From: Vicugna vicugna
Taxonomy: Eukaryota
Direction: 5' to 3'
Length of the DNA: 64,000 nucleotides
NCBI GenBank assembly: GCA_013265495.1
Contig: MU058423.1
Coordinates: 4,107,061 to 4,171,060, forward strand
Shown: piece after piece, positions 50,723 through 64,000 of the stretch
How positions within the stretch are numbered: the stretch's first letter is position 1
Layout of the letters: each line of letters begins with the position of its first letter
The notes under the pieces: generated by a model
What the model was told of the DNA's origin: nothing
Database searches by the model: none
The model's input: the letters and a program-made list of their open reading frames with translations, nothing else
Made by a program: the position numbers and the translations under genes

Positions 50723-53700
50723 GCTTCTGTGGCTTGTTTCACCCAGTGTTCTTCCTTTATGGGCCTAAAGGTAGGGCAGGGATAATGGATTTTGTGGAAC
50801 CTCTCCTGGATGGGATGGATTTTAATTGCTTTTCTACCCTAGGATTAGATAAACTCTTCCGACCTTGTGGGTTTTAAAACATGATGATAACCAGAGAACA
50901 CAATTAGCACCCCCAGAGCATTGGGCTGCCAGACCCTCTAGAGTTAAATATCGTGGGACGTGTCACAGCAGCGTTGTTTCATGCAGTCTTGCTCCAGGGG
51001 AATATTATGCACTTGGCAATCCAGCAGAAAATTCCCCTCAGAGAAAGGATCGTTCCTCATGATGGATGGATAGTTTCCAGCAACGGTTTCCACAGCTAGG
51101 CTACCTCCTAATTTCTAGTTTGGTGTAAAAGTGCAAGCTGAAGGATGTACTGCTGTCAAAAAGGGAACCTATCAAATAATTACAGCCATTATTTCAACAG
51201 AACTGCCTTTTCCCCTGTCAGTGTAGCTAAGATGCTAGGAATATAAATATTCATAAGAAGGCAACATTAAACCATGGGCCATAGAAGAAAAAATTTCATA
51301 TCCCAGATAGAAACTATAGGATTTCTTTGTGAGATTTAATTGCCAGAATTTTTCCAGATCGTAAAAATCTGTCCTGCCTGATAAAATATTATCAGCTCAC
51401 CTTTTTCTGAATAAAAGAGCAGAGGGATGACGTCATGGTACAAGAGGCTGCTCATGGCCCGACAGTGTGCTCGTGGGGAACCGTCAGCATGGCACTGTGC
51501 GGGGCACAGCTTAGTCATGGGGCACCAGGCACGACACGAGTGTTGTGACGAGAGCCGGGACTCGACATCTGCACCTCTGAGACGGGTCTCGGCCTGCGCA
51601 CTCATTGTGCTGAGAACTGTGTATTGAGCAAAGCAAATTGTTTCCCGCTCTCAAAATGGAAAAGAGCCAAGAGCAGAATCAGAGAAGACGAGCCACAATT
51701 GCACTTTAACTCATCAATTCATTTGTGGTCCCTCAGTATACGTCTGGCTAGTTGGGGAGGAGGGGTATTGTTTTGTGATTTAAAATCTCCCACTGCTAAA
51801 CCCACAAGCAAATGATGTGTTCTGGGACTACCTCGTTGGCCACGTCTGAAAATGCTGCTGTGAACACGTCTCTTCAGCATTCCAAAACCCTGTTCTGGAA
51901 CAGCCCCTTTGTGCCAGATTCTAGGTTAAACAAACTCCTCCCCGCTGGCTTCCTGCTGGCGTCCCTGCGTGATAGATTTTGTCAGGAGAAGCTAGTGGGG
52001 ATGCTAAGCTACCTCTACCTGTAAGGAATCATTAATCTTTCCTCTGAATAATTTTGAAGGACTTGACCCAATAGAAATAACCTCAAATTGAAAATACAGT
52101 TTTTTTTTCCTCTTGGTGACTTACTTTCTACTCCTGCCCTGCTCCTGCCCTCTCCCCTCCTTTCCTTCTTGCAGGCTGACATCCATGCATCCTGCAAGGG
52201 CATTTTCAAAGGCTCTCTAACAGCAATGAATGCAGCGAATGGGATCTTCAGAAAGTATTATTTTATTCTGAGGCTGAACGCATAGCATAACCTGAAGCTA
52301 CTGGCCTCCGTGTTAGGAAAACACAACACAGCGCAACAGAACCTGGGTGTTACAAAAGATATAGGAATAAAGTTATCTTAGGTTTAAGACTCAAAGCACA
52401 TTAATGCACTTTCTGTTCCTCTCTTCTTGAACAATATATTTTGAAGTCCTCGCACAGTTACCAAAGGAAAAAAGCAATGAATTGCTCCAACTTTCTTCTC
52501 TTTGAGAGAATTCAGTGAACTGATGCTATACAATAATCCGATAATGACATTTTTCAGAGGTAACAGTTTAGTAAAAATAAATAAATAATGTGCATCGAAA
52601 ACGACTTTAAAACAGCATCTGTCCAACTTCCCAAACTGTTTTGATGCTTTCTGAGATTGTAGGAAGCAGGACAAAATTAGGCAAAAATTAAATTATATCC
52701 CTTACTAGGGAAATAACACTCTCAACTTAAAAATGAAGTTTACATCCAACAAATAGGATTCCATATATAGGCAAACTATAGTAATTGGAGTGATACATTT
52801 GGCTCCCCAGTTTTTGGCATCAGAAATACTATGCAAAAATCCATCACATGGAAAATGGTAACTATAGTAACAGTAATGGTAAGATATTACATGTTTGTTT
52901 GTTTCTTTCCCCTTGAGTTATTCAGCTTCAAAAGGCCATCAGGCTATTTTTTAAGCAACTGTTTCATGAGGACTGTTCATATGTGAATTAACTGAATTTG
53001 CAGGCCTTTAAAAAAGGAAGCAGTGGACGCTGCTCATTTCTGTCCATGTCACAAATGATACCTATTTTTTAGTTTTAAGCCAGATGGTCAATGAAGGCAG
53101 TGACCTCAGTAATAGCCAATGTAATTACCTGCTCTATTTTCACTAAAATTGAAACTTCATTGAAAATAATTTTGTCTCAGTTTATTCATGGTGAAAAGTG
53201 CTTTTCACCTTTTGAACTCTGAGACTACTGGGCTGAATATAATGGCTAGAGATCTCCTCTAATCGTTTCTAATGGCTTCAGAGTAGGCTGAAGTTAAATT
53301 TAAAATGATAGAGGGTTGTTTCGCTTCCCCCAGATTGGCAGTTCCTAATTTTAGAAGATTGCCACTGGAGTCGTGTAACAGTGGAACTAATGTGTCATCC
53401 CCATTAATCTGACTAATAGGTTGAAAGTAAGGGGATTTTGAACTTGCTTTTTATTGTACTGTGTGTTTTAATATTTGACATTAGACATACGGTGAATAAG
53501 ATTCCCAAACTTTCAGATGAGAATGCGTCAGAATTGAATTTATCTGCACTTGGGCTATTAGAGCAAATGAGATCAACTTTTAATGGGAAACCAAGTCTTT
53601 CCCTTGAATATTATGAATAAAAATATACTATCCTGAGGATGGATGGAGGATCATTTTCTAATACCACTAACTAAGGAGTCTGGGATATATAAATGAAAAA

Positions 53701-56700
53701 AAAAGTCTTCAGAAAAACTTCCTTACACTACTCATAACACAAAAAGCCAAGAAATTAATGTTCTGCTTCCTAGATATTATGGAAAAGTATTAGATTCATA
53801 ATTTTCTAATACTTTAGGAGGTGAACACATCCTCACACTATGAACTCATAGGTCTACTGACATGAATAATTTATTCTGGCAGTTTATGTATGATTCAATC
53901 TGTAATATTTATAAAAGAATGTTGTAATTTTCTTGTTACAAAAAATCTTCATAAAAAATAAATTATCATTAGATAAACTCCCAAACAAAATATCCATTTG
54001 CCTCTTAGAACCTTACATGACTATCTGACAGACATGTGCATGATATATTTAAGCATGATATTAAACAATATCCCCAATTCTCTGTTAGTTGAGTGTAACA
54101 CATTCACATTGTAACCATGCTGAATGAGCACTTGCATTATGTACGTCTTTGGCACTGAGCAGAGCGCCATGCACATGGGCAAATGTGGAAGGTGCAAATG
54201 GAATTCAAATGCATTGCTTCCAAACTTTTCCAAATTTGTGTTGCTCTTTGTATTTAAAATATTGGATTGGGAATTTGGTATCGAAAACCTTGGAAATTCA
54301 TACTGGAAGATAAGCCAAATGGTAAGTGCATGTATGTTGTTTCTTTCCGACATGGATGCTGCCTGCTGGCCTTCATTTCTCCCCAAGAATGTTTTTCTAA
54401 TGTAGGAGAACAGACTAGAACAATTCTACGTGTACACATCTAAAGCAATACAAAAGTCTGAGGCTTGAGATTTGTATTTTCTTCAAATAATACAACTTAG
54501 ATGTGTCTATAACTGGATTCATAATGGAACACAGAGGAAGCCATTACCTAAATGTGTGGATGGTGTTGTATGTAGAATTTCTACAGAATAATTATTAATT
54601 CATCTGTATATTGAGTTATACAGGACATACAATACTCCAGATGTGTAATTCCATGGACCTAAGACCTAGCATTCTGGTATGGTTTTATGGAGATTGGTTT
54701 TATGGTGGAATCTACTAGCTAATGGTGTATCAAAGCACATAGGTCATCCAACTGGGGGATAAAGTCTTGCATCATGTTATGCAAACAACAGTATTGCAAT
54801 GCATGGCCAGACAGAGGTATTTGTTGACTGGCATGAAACAAAATGGAGCCTCTAAGTCTGGGTTATAGGGTTCTTTGGTTGGTACCAGGTACCTTGATCT
54901 ACTTCGAGAGTAAGGGATTGGATGAAGTACAGCGTGATATCAGCAGTCATATCCAAGGCTATTCTAAAATCCAGCTGGGAGTCCTAGTAAGCAAGTAGGC
55001 TGGGCCTGCTGAGGGGTCCACTTACTTCTGGTGGGAGCTCTCAGAGAGGCTTGACTGACTCACTGGATCGAGAGTGATCCTGTAATATGAGGGTCCTGAC
55101 CTACAACAGACTCCAAAGCCAGTCTGGGTTAGAGAGAACCTGTTCCTTCCCACTGTGCCCAAGTCCTGCTCTCTCTCCTAAAATGTGAAAGAGGGATGTA
55201 GACATCTGCTTGGTGTCCAAGGAGTTTTCATTTTTATTAAACCCAAGTACCTTACGGCCAAGTTAGCCTAAGGCTTATCAGACCAGCCCTCAGAGGGCAA
55301 CAAGGCTTCCCGTGGGTCACATTAATATCTAACTACTTACTGTGAGCAGACCCATCGCCCCACTGAAAGCCCAAAGTGACTCCAGGATGCCATTCACTGG
55401 ATTTCATTTCCTTGTCCATTGCTTATCCCTCTTTTCATGGGACAGTGTTCAGTTTCTAAGATGAAATGACCTGTCTCCCATTAGGATGGGTCACTGTGTT
55501 ATGGCCTGGGGAGTTTTCTTATTCCTCCTAGAAATAGATGCATTTTTCCAGACTTCACTCAGGACTATTCCATGACACCTACCCATGCTTCCACAGATCT
55601 CGTCTGTAGTATTTGCAGCCACTTTCTGGAGCCATCTCCACATACCCTTTCAACGGGATGACAGGCACAGGACACAAGAGCTGAGACAGTGTGTCTGCCT
55701 CCAATAGCTAATGATTTGATGATGAAGAGAATTCTTGCCATTTCTCGTCTCCAGAGCAACAGAGGGGCCTGACTGTGTAGCACCGACATGACAGCAAGAG
55801 CTTTGCTTCCACAATAAAGGCCTGTCCACGCATTGTTCTTGCCATGCTCTCCAGTGCTGTCACCTGGTTTTGCAGGAGTGGCTGCAATACAACAGCAGTC
55901 ACTTTCCATTTCACCAGACGTCTTCTGCCCAGCAGAGTCACTTTGGAGCGGCCTGGCCCAGCTGAGAATATTGGACCCTCAGCGTGAGTCAGGCATTTAT
56001 TACTTTTCACAGGCACTAACACAGCTGGTGAAGAACGAGCCTGCTGCTTCAGAGAAGACATCACCTTCCTGTTTCCAGCATCTGACAGCCCGTTTTGTTT
56101 GATCCTGAGGGGCGAGGCTAATGGACAACATTGGGGATAATGACTTTTTATTGCTTTTAAAAATCATCATGCAAGTGTCTGATGTTCAACAGTCTTCCTC
56201 ATCACACCTCACTTCTCGCCTCGGCTTCCCTACAAGGCTCACCACCGAGCTCCTGTAGCTCGGTGCTCTGTGAATATATGTTGGAGACCGGGAGAAGAAA
56301 AGCGCGGGTTTGAGTCTCATTCATTTCTCTTCTAATTGCACGACCTTAGGCCACTTCTTTTACCTCTCCAAGTCTTGGTTTCCCCATATGAAAATGCAGA
56401 GAGCGACACCTTCTATTATAGAGATGTTGGGATGATTAAATACGGTGTCTTACGTGATCCAGTGACTAAATTTCTGACAGCGGATTATACATGCCATTTC
56501 CTCCTTTGGGGTATTCACTTGTGAAGTGACACAGGGTCTGCTGATAGCACCCCAATTTGACGTCTATTGATTTAAATTTTTGACAGGCTTGAGGAATTGG
56601 TCAGAAAAGATTTTAATGACTAGTTTGGGTGATATTTTTGTGTGTGAAAAGGCCCAGGATGCACAGGATTTTTTTCTCTTGACTGGCATGATTTGCATGC

Positions 56701-57229
56701 TTGAATGGTGGTACATTCTTTCTAACATCCTAGGCCTATGTGAGATGCTACGTTTCAATAGTGTTTTTATATTACAACAGGAACTCTCCCCCGTATGCAT
56801 CTAAAAATTGACCTTGTGAGCTGGGAACCGGAGAGTATAACTTGCTTGTTCCAAGGGTGCACGGGTAGGTCAGTTGCTGATCCAGAGAAATAAATTCACT
56901 GCACATAGAGGTTAGTGAATAAATATTTGCTTCTGTTGGCAGATGACAACATGATAGTGGCGAAGAGTTGGTTACCTTTGTCAGTCGATGCTTGTTTTTA
57001 TCCAGAAGTCTCTTTCTCTGTTGTGTGATGGTGTTTGTGTTCATGAACACTCCTATTAGTAAGTCAGTCTTGTTTCCATCTCACTGGGAGCAAACTGATC
57101 CTGTCGCTGGGCTGTGGTCCAAGGCTAGAACACTGCAAGCTCCTATTACCCTCCTGGCTCTAAAGGACGATTGAGCTTAAAGTGGGTTTATTTTGGACCC
57201 ACTGCACTGAGTTTGTGTGGTATGTGGGG

Positions 57230-57430
57230 CAAGGAGTCAGATCTATATTTTGGTCTTGTAACAGGTCTACTACCAACTGGTTGTTTGCTTTGAACAAATG
57301 AAACTCTCTGAGCTTCAATTTCCTCATCTATAAAATGGGTACGCTAGCATGTCCTTGTACAGTTATTGGGGAGAATAATTGAAATAATATACGTGAAATG
57401 TCCAAGCATGCTTATGGCACATGACATGTG
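57230..57430 (+). mobile_element. MIR SINE
   Basis: ggagtcagatct...ctctctgagcttcaatttcctcatctataaaatggg. Confidence 0.75.
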
Positions 57431-59679
57431 TATTACTGAAATAGTTTTGAATGCAATTTAGTTTATGAAGTGTTTATAGTATGGTTGTATTTATTTGTAA
57501 GACTCTTGCATATACGGTATTCATCCTTCCTGTTTATTAAATGCATGGCAGTTTGAAAAGAAAGGCACAGCAGGAAAAGCTTAAATACCCTGGGGGAACA
57601 GAAAAGGGCTTAGCAGGACAGAAGAGACCACCTGGGGGGTTTTAGTCATGATCTCTAGATGTGCTTTCAAACACATTCTTTGGTGAGTAAGGCATAGCTT
57701 CCTAGCTAGAATCTAGGTACCTGCAGAGGAAAAGAAAAAGTCCCCAGTGAACTCCTGTCTCCTCTTGAAAAGAAATGTGTTTGCAAGAATCCTTTTGGAC
57801 TGTCAGTTTCTGGATGAAGTTTTAGATAGAAATCCATGTCTAAAGCATCTTTATTTTCTGTATTAATGTTAAATTTGGGGCCAGAAACAGGCAGTGCTTT
57901 GCCTTCTCGATTAAAGGAAAACGAAAAGACTAGCTTTACCTGAAGATTCATTACCAAACTTGAAGCTGACTGCACTATTTTACAAAACAGTACAATTCTA
58001 ATTTGAGAGTGGACACAAGCGAGAACTGTCTTCTACAATACAAAAGGCTAATGCTGACATTGTTTTGAAACACTTAAACTAGTGTTAGGGGAGTGAGCCA
58101 CAGTGAGTGGAAGCTCCATCTTCTCACTCAGAGGACCCAGAGGAAAGTGTTCGCGAAGCCCAAGCAAGGCTGGGGGGGTTGCTCAGATGCTCCTAGAGCT
58201 TAGCCACCTGCCTGGGACCAGCACACCTGCAATGTCAGGTACCCCTGTGTACAGGAACAACGTTCAAGTCCTCATCTTCCCAACACTTCCATTCCCTATT
58301 GAATTATACAGGATCAGGGAATCCCTATGAAGGTCTCCGCCTGTCACCAGACACTTCCCACATTTCCCTGATGGCTTCTGGTCACACAAAAGTTAATGTC
58401 AAATACTGCTTCAAAAAATTGACATTTATGGTTGGGATTTCCATTTACAGGTTTAGTGACTCACTGACAGTTGCAGATCCTTCTGAGCTCTTCATCAAGG
58501 TTCTCTGCTGCCTACTGGGGTTTGCTTACACAACAAGCAGCGACCACATGCAGGGCTTACTCTGTCCCCAGAACGGCGCTCGATGGTTTACAAGCATTTC
58601 ATCGAGTTCCCCGACAACTCTATGAGACGTAAAACCGTAGGTTATAGAGGTTATATCATTTGCTCAACAAGATACCCATGAAGAGGCAGAGCCAGGATTC
58701 CAATCACTATACCAGAGAGCTACTCAGCTAGGTAGACCCAGAGTCCAGTGTCCTTTTACAGCCAGCGCCACTAGGAGGGCCCTGAGTACTCCGGACAGGA
58801 AACTTGTTTCACTCTGTGATTCTACGCGCTTTATTCTAATCTCCTTAAGTTTGATAACCTCCTTAAGGGTGCAGGCTAGTATTAAACTTTTTTTCAACTA
58901 TCATGGTGTGAAGTTCATAAAAACAGTCAATAACTAATAATATTTGGTTACTTATTAATGAATCCCGCCACCCACGTCTCTCCTCCCACCATGCTCCAGC
59001 AGAGTGGTGCGTCTTACACCATTTCTCTCCCCTCCTCGCCGGTGATTCTTCACCCACTATGTGGTTGCAATGACTGGCACAATCACGTTAAAACATAAAG
59101 TAATATGTCAACATAGTGTGCAGAGGGACACAGCATTTCAAATGCACAGACTAAACCAAGACTGGCTGGCCCTGGCAATGAGTCCTGTGTAAGCCTGCTG
59201 CTAGTGACAGTCACGCTTCCCTCACATTCTCCTTACTCTTTGGAGGCTGTGTTCCCTGACTTTCACATGTGGTAGTGGCATTATTAGGGCTGCAGAAATG
59301 TTAACAAATCTTCCGTCCCTCAGTGTCGTTTGGTTCTCTATGAAAGTTAGTCTTCCTTCTTCAAGGGCAGTGTGATGTGCGGTTAAATCGGTGCTCATGT
59401 TATCACTGCTTTTTAATCTCCTGTAGGAATGAACAACCTTATTCCCTTCAAATAAGAGTTTCGATTGGAGTATCTTTTTAGCATAAAAAGAGAAATCTTT
59501 GTTGAAAAATAGCACATAGCGTGAACTTTCTAAGAATAGCCACATAACCATGTGGGAAGTGTCTTGAGGAATTCTAAAAAGCAAAAAAAAAAGGGGGGGG
59601 GGTAGAAACAAAGAAGGAGCTTAATACATTTCTGACACACAAATCCAAAGGAGTGTCAATAGTTATTTAGCTGAGAATA

Positions 59680-60805
59680 CATCCAATTAAAGCTCCTAAA
59701 GTAAAAATATTTCAGTATACAGTATAAAAATAAAGTTTCATGCTTAATCAGGATTTTAAGTATTTAACTAATTCTAAAAGTTTTTTGCAGCCCCAGGTGA
59801 CTTTGAGATGCTTTAAAGGAAACCTGAGGCATCTCAGATATTAAGTTACATAGGATTCTTTAATATGTTAAGTTAAATATAATCAGTCATGATTCTAGTA
59901 ATTACAAACAAGTCTCTTCATCAATCACAGGTGTTTAACCATACCTTTTAAGTCTTTTTGTTGTTACAGACTGTTAAACTGTTGTTACGAAGGTGCTCCA
60001 TCTTCAAGAAGATTCATAAGAAGGCTATGAAAGCGGTTTCAACAGTTGCACATCAAGACAATGGCTATAGGAGGATTCCAGTTGTATTGCCCTCTGACGC
60101 AAAAACAAAAGGCTGTCCTGCCCCTAGGGCCCCTAGATTAGGCATTCAGAGGTTTTTACTCCCTGAAAGGCAGGGTCAACGCCCCTACTCAGCCTGGAAG
60201 TAGTTTCAGAAGATGAACCTTCGCCCCTCTGCAACCCCTTAAGATTATGGGAGTAAAATCTCTGAGGGGGGAATGAGACACGAGGGAAGGGGGCAGGGCA
60301 CAGCCACTCAAGGAATGACAGCAATTTAATACCAAAATGGTGCAAGATTCACCAAAATGGTGGAAGATTCAACTCCCAGCTGGCCTTGAGGATTAAGAGG
60401 TTTGACTTCTAGCAGACCCTGAGCTTCATTATATGCTCATTGTAACAGGGTGAGAAATAACATGCCTGCAGGCGCCATGACAGCCCCAAGGCTAACCGCA
60501 AAAGGCCAAAGAATGAGCGGTGGTCCAATGCCTGGGAATCCCAGCCCCTTCCCCAGGGCAGTTGGAAAGGTCCCACCTGAAGGCGTGTGAAGCTACGGAG
60601 CCCATAAAGCTGACAACACCACGCCTAGCGGCCCTTTTTTCCACTCCCTCCCCTTCGGAGGCGGCCCGGACTCTATCTATGGAGCGTGCACCTACTTTTA
60701 CTTTAACCTGAGCACCCAATTCCCACACCTGTTTCCTTGCCTTTCTCTTGCCTTACACTCTATGCAGTATGCATCTCTCTAAATAAATCTACCTTTACAA
60801 AAAAA
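59680..60805 (+). mobile_element. 5'-truncated, polyadenylated ERV1-type insertion (internal region + env-tail remnant + PPT + U3-R + A-tail)
   Basis: The polypurine tract (PPT) GAGGGGGGAA at 60264-60273 is followed by an LTR starting TGAGAC at 60274. AATAAA at 60782-60787 is followed by A7 at 60799-60805. Flanking direct repeat: AGTTATTTAGCTGAGAATA (59661-59679) / AGTTACTTAGCTGAAAATA (60805-60823). Confidence 0.85.
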
Positions 60806-63242
60806 GTTACTTAGCTGAAAATAGTCAGGTATCCAACAGGTCTGATGGAGACTCAGTGGATTGTTAACTGTCCAATCATCACTCCTGGGAAGGTGGGTTA
60901 TGTCCAAGGGCAGAACCCACTCTAGACTTTGGTTGTTTAGGGGTCACCATCATTCAAGACTCAGCTCGCAGGCAGGCGTTTTAACATTACAGAGTAATTT
61001 CCAGGATTTAGAATGACCTAAAATTGATGAATAAGTGCTGCTAAGGTTAGGCTGAATTTAATGGACAAAAGTCTACAGTAAGGGCTTTATTTTCCTTTTT
61101 AGAAGCTGCAAAATAAAATCACTGATCGAGAAAACCCTGACTGAAATTTTGTATGTACACATGGCAATTCCAATCTAAAATAACCACAAAAAATGACACA
61201 GTAAGTGTTAAATCCCATTCATTTTTAGCCGTTTTCACCCCAAGAAGCAGCGCGATTATCATAGCTTTCATTTTATCATGCCGTTTGTTTGTAACTCGAC
61301 TGCTTTCCTAAATCTGTTGATCCAATCCCCACCATTTTTTGGTGAAACTCTGAGGGCAGCTACCATCATTTATAATTTTATTATCCCACTGTGTGCCCTT
61401 ACTGTGTGACAGAACTTGGGTTAAATATTGTTATATTATTTAATTCTCACAGATAATGAGGTAGATATAATTCTTACTTTCATTTTACATGAGAAAATTG
61501 AGGCTAAGTAAGAGCAACTAATGGTACAGGACTGATTTTTTTTTTTGCACACAAAATATTAATTGCATCTATATGGATTTAGGCACATTGGCCTAGGTTG
61601 CCAATATTACATTTTGTTTCATTATCTTTAAATTTCTGTGATTGCCCATAGTGTTCCTACTCCTCTACTCCAAGATTTAAAAAAATTAATAGGTATTAAT
61701 GTATTTTGATAATCCCATTCATTGTAAAAAACATAACTGATTACAAACTTAGTTTTTTGAAGACAGAGGATAAAGGTATCAACAGGAATAAAGCAGCCAT
61801 ATTTTTATCTTTACACAGTTGCTTTCTCTCTGTCTTAGAAATATTTTATCAAGGCAACAATGCAACGAGGAAGTGGATTTTAAAAAATGGTAATTGAGAA
61901 CTCAGTGAAATATATTTCAGAGTAATGCTAATCATGTGTGTCAAGATAAAGGAAATTAAGGTGGCTTAAGTTTTCAGTTTTCTTCAGAAAAATCAATTAT
62001 AAAGCAGTTAGGCTGCTGACACTAAACAGTAAATCCCTGGATTTAGTTAACAAAAAAAGGCTTCTACTTTTTGAAGGGTTTTTTTTTCATTCAACAGAAG
62101 AAACTCATAGCATTGATTTTTGAGAAGGGGCTGTTTGCATCAGGTGTCTTGAAATCCAGACGTACTCTTGATCTTAGCCTGTTTGGATCAGAAATCACTT
62201 GCCACCTAGGGAATACGTCTTTATACAGCTGCCCAGGCATTACAATGCTCATGGCATGAGTTGGGTGCCCAGCCCTCCTGCCTCAAATTCTAACCAGGGA
62301 TGGCAAACTGGAGCCCTGCTTACATCTCCCTTGGGGTTCAGAGTACCCTGAGTCAAATTCATGCGTGGGTTAAATCTCTCCAATAATGTACAACTACTGA
62401 AAGTGTAGTCCTCAGTCCTGGTTATGTATTGTTACTGTCTCGGGGGTTTCGCACAATCCAGATGCCCCACCCCCAGAGAATCACACTTCAGTATGCGGGA
62501 GTGGGGCCAGCCATAACTATTTCATTTCAGTCTCACTTAACCTTTATATAGTCACTGAGATGCTCACAGTCTTGTCACTTTTTAGTTTTGGACGATTAGA
62601 ATCTTGCTGTCACTCTTTCCCTTTTGTTCTCATAAAACCAATGACACAAAGGTTAAAGCCACTGAGAAAGTTTTTCAACAAGTGCAGTTGTCTCATCTCT
62701 TTTCAAATGAGCAATTAATAATTCATAACAATTAACTGAGTTACGAGTTTCTCTTTCAATACGTTTCCAAACACAAATAGATTAAATGGTAATTGCCATC
62801 AAATTTTATGTTCTGTTTCATGTGCCCAATGAAAGTTTATCTTTTGGAACTCCACTTTGTATTTCCTTTTGATATATTCATAACCAAATGCAATATACTG
62901 TATTAAAATATTTATTATTAACCTATCAAATATTAACCACTTTTAAATTATATGGATGAAAGAAAACAAATAGGCTACTTGTTTAAGTTTTCATGATTCT
63001 CCTTGTTTTAATATGATTTGGATTTGTAGAATACATGCTGGTAAAAACTGACGGCATGAGATACTAAATGAGTTCTTATTCCTTATAAGATTTTTGCAAG
63101 GCATATGTGTGCCCTTTGGTTTCCCAGTCACCATTATTCTATGAACACTAAGTGAAGAAAACGAACTAACAAACGAAACATTTGGGCTTTGAAGTCAGCC
63201 TCTGAGGCTGACTCCTTAAAGTCCACACTTACTATCTCATCC

Positions 63243-63400
63243 TCTGATTCTCAAACTTTAATGTGCATATGAGCCACCTAGAGATCTTTTTAAAATGCAG
63301 GTCAGTAAGTCTAGCATGGGGCCTGAGATTCTGCATTTCCAACAAATTTCCGAGTGATGCTGATGCTACTGGTTGAAGGATCACACATTTAAGTTACAAG
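63243..63400. mobile_element. MER5A1-like MITE inserted in a MIR
   Basis: ttctcaaactttaatgtgcatatga...ggggcctgagattctgcatttccaacaa...gtgatgctgatgctactgg; MIR-like sequence on both sides. Confidence 0.8.
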
Positions 63401-64000
63401 AATCTAAATGACTACATGCAGGCTACCTAGCCTCTCTGGGCCTCTGTTCACTTACCTGGAAAGTGGGGATAACTGCTACCTGGGTTTTATGCAGATTAGA
63501 CAAGGCAGTGTAAATGGCTTGGCATAGTTCCTGGCACATGGCAAGCACTGTCATCATTGCAATTAGGAGAGCTAATCTATGACTTAAGTGCTACACCAGA
63601 ATATCTCTAAGACTCCAACTTAGATATAAGGCTCCAAGGTTGTAGGTCAAAGCAGGGATACCTATGATCAGAAAAGCAAGCTATAAAAGTGGAACTGGAA
63701 GTCGGTCTTCTCAGATTCCAAGAGTGAGGCACTGTCAGATCTGAGACCCCTCTGTACTTCCAGCCCTTATTAGAGGGCAAGGATCACATTTTATTTGTCT
63801 CTTGGTGCTCAAATGTAGCACAATTCCTGGCACATAACTCAGAATTTAATATTTGTTAAATGAATGATAGTACGCATAAGTGATCGAGTAAATGAGTGTA
63901 TGAGTGATTGCATGAACAAGCAAATAAATTAGGCAACCCAAAGCCAGCCTAGTTTGCCGGGGAGGATTCAAAAGATTTAGCAAGGCTCTGTGAAGCAGCT

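Larger units (their letters stand above)
32507..64000 (-). other. NTNG1: Last intron of NTNG1 (continues beyond the window)
   Basis: Lies upstream of the terminal-exon acceptor. I saw no match to the preceding laminin-EGF exon (..CYCNPLGSIHDRC..GCQ) in the ORF track or by eye. Content is repeat-rich and non-coding. Confidence 0.8.

Noticed and set aside
54780..55140. Possible CR1/L3 remnant (also 63930-64000)
   Set aside because: The similarity is too degraded to call by eye; it needs a Dfam HMM search.
58765..58785. CTCF-like motif gccactaggagggccc (also the reverse-strand ccctaggtggca near 62200)
   Set aside because: Mismatches at core positions; unsupported without a PWM score or ChIP data.
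59958..60203. Functional env or other ERV ORF
   Set aside because: The env-like residues form a short remnant in a different frame from the listed ORF; no SU/TM ectodomain is present.
1..64000. CRISPR arrays, operons or prokaryotic defence systems
   Set aside because: The sequence is mammalian intergenic and intronic DNA, with no repeat-spacer arrays or dense gene organisation.

Overview
This is mammalian genomic DNA, very probably from a camelid: it carries a vic-1-type tRNA(Ala)-derived SINE and artiodactyl-type L1 3' ends. The only protein-coding feature I can support is the last exon of NTNG1 (netrin-G1) on the minus strand (CDS 32506->32262, encoding an EGF-like domain and a GPI-anchor signal). 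Its 3'UTR runs toward lower coordinates. Positions 32507-64000 are part of the long last intron, and the preceding exon was not found in the window. Positions ~1-27000 look intergenic, with an orphan CpG island near the start. The rest is a typical mammalian repeat landscape (L2, MIR, MER/hAT, Tigger, LTRs, L1 fragments). The most notable structure is at 59680-60805: an ERV1-type 3' segment (internal region, env-tail remnant, polypurine tract, U3-R) that stops at its poly(A) site, has an A-tail and lacks U5. It is flanked by a ~19-bp target-site duplication, which suggests an ERV transcript retrotransposed in trans by L1. Also notable are a Zaphod-like hAT transposon with both ends and a solo LTR inserted in its terminal repeat, and a 12-bp in-frame duplication in the NTNG1 GPI signal. 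I found no evidence of a new multi-gene system. Repeat family names come from remembered consensus sequences, not a database search, and old-repeat boundaries are approximate.
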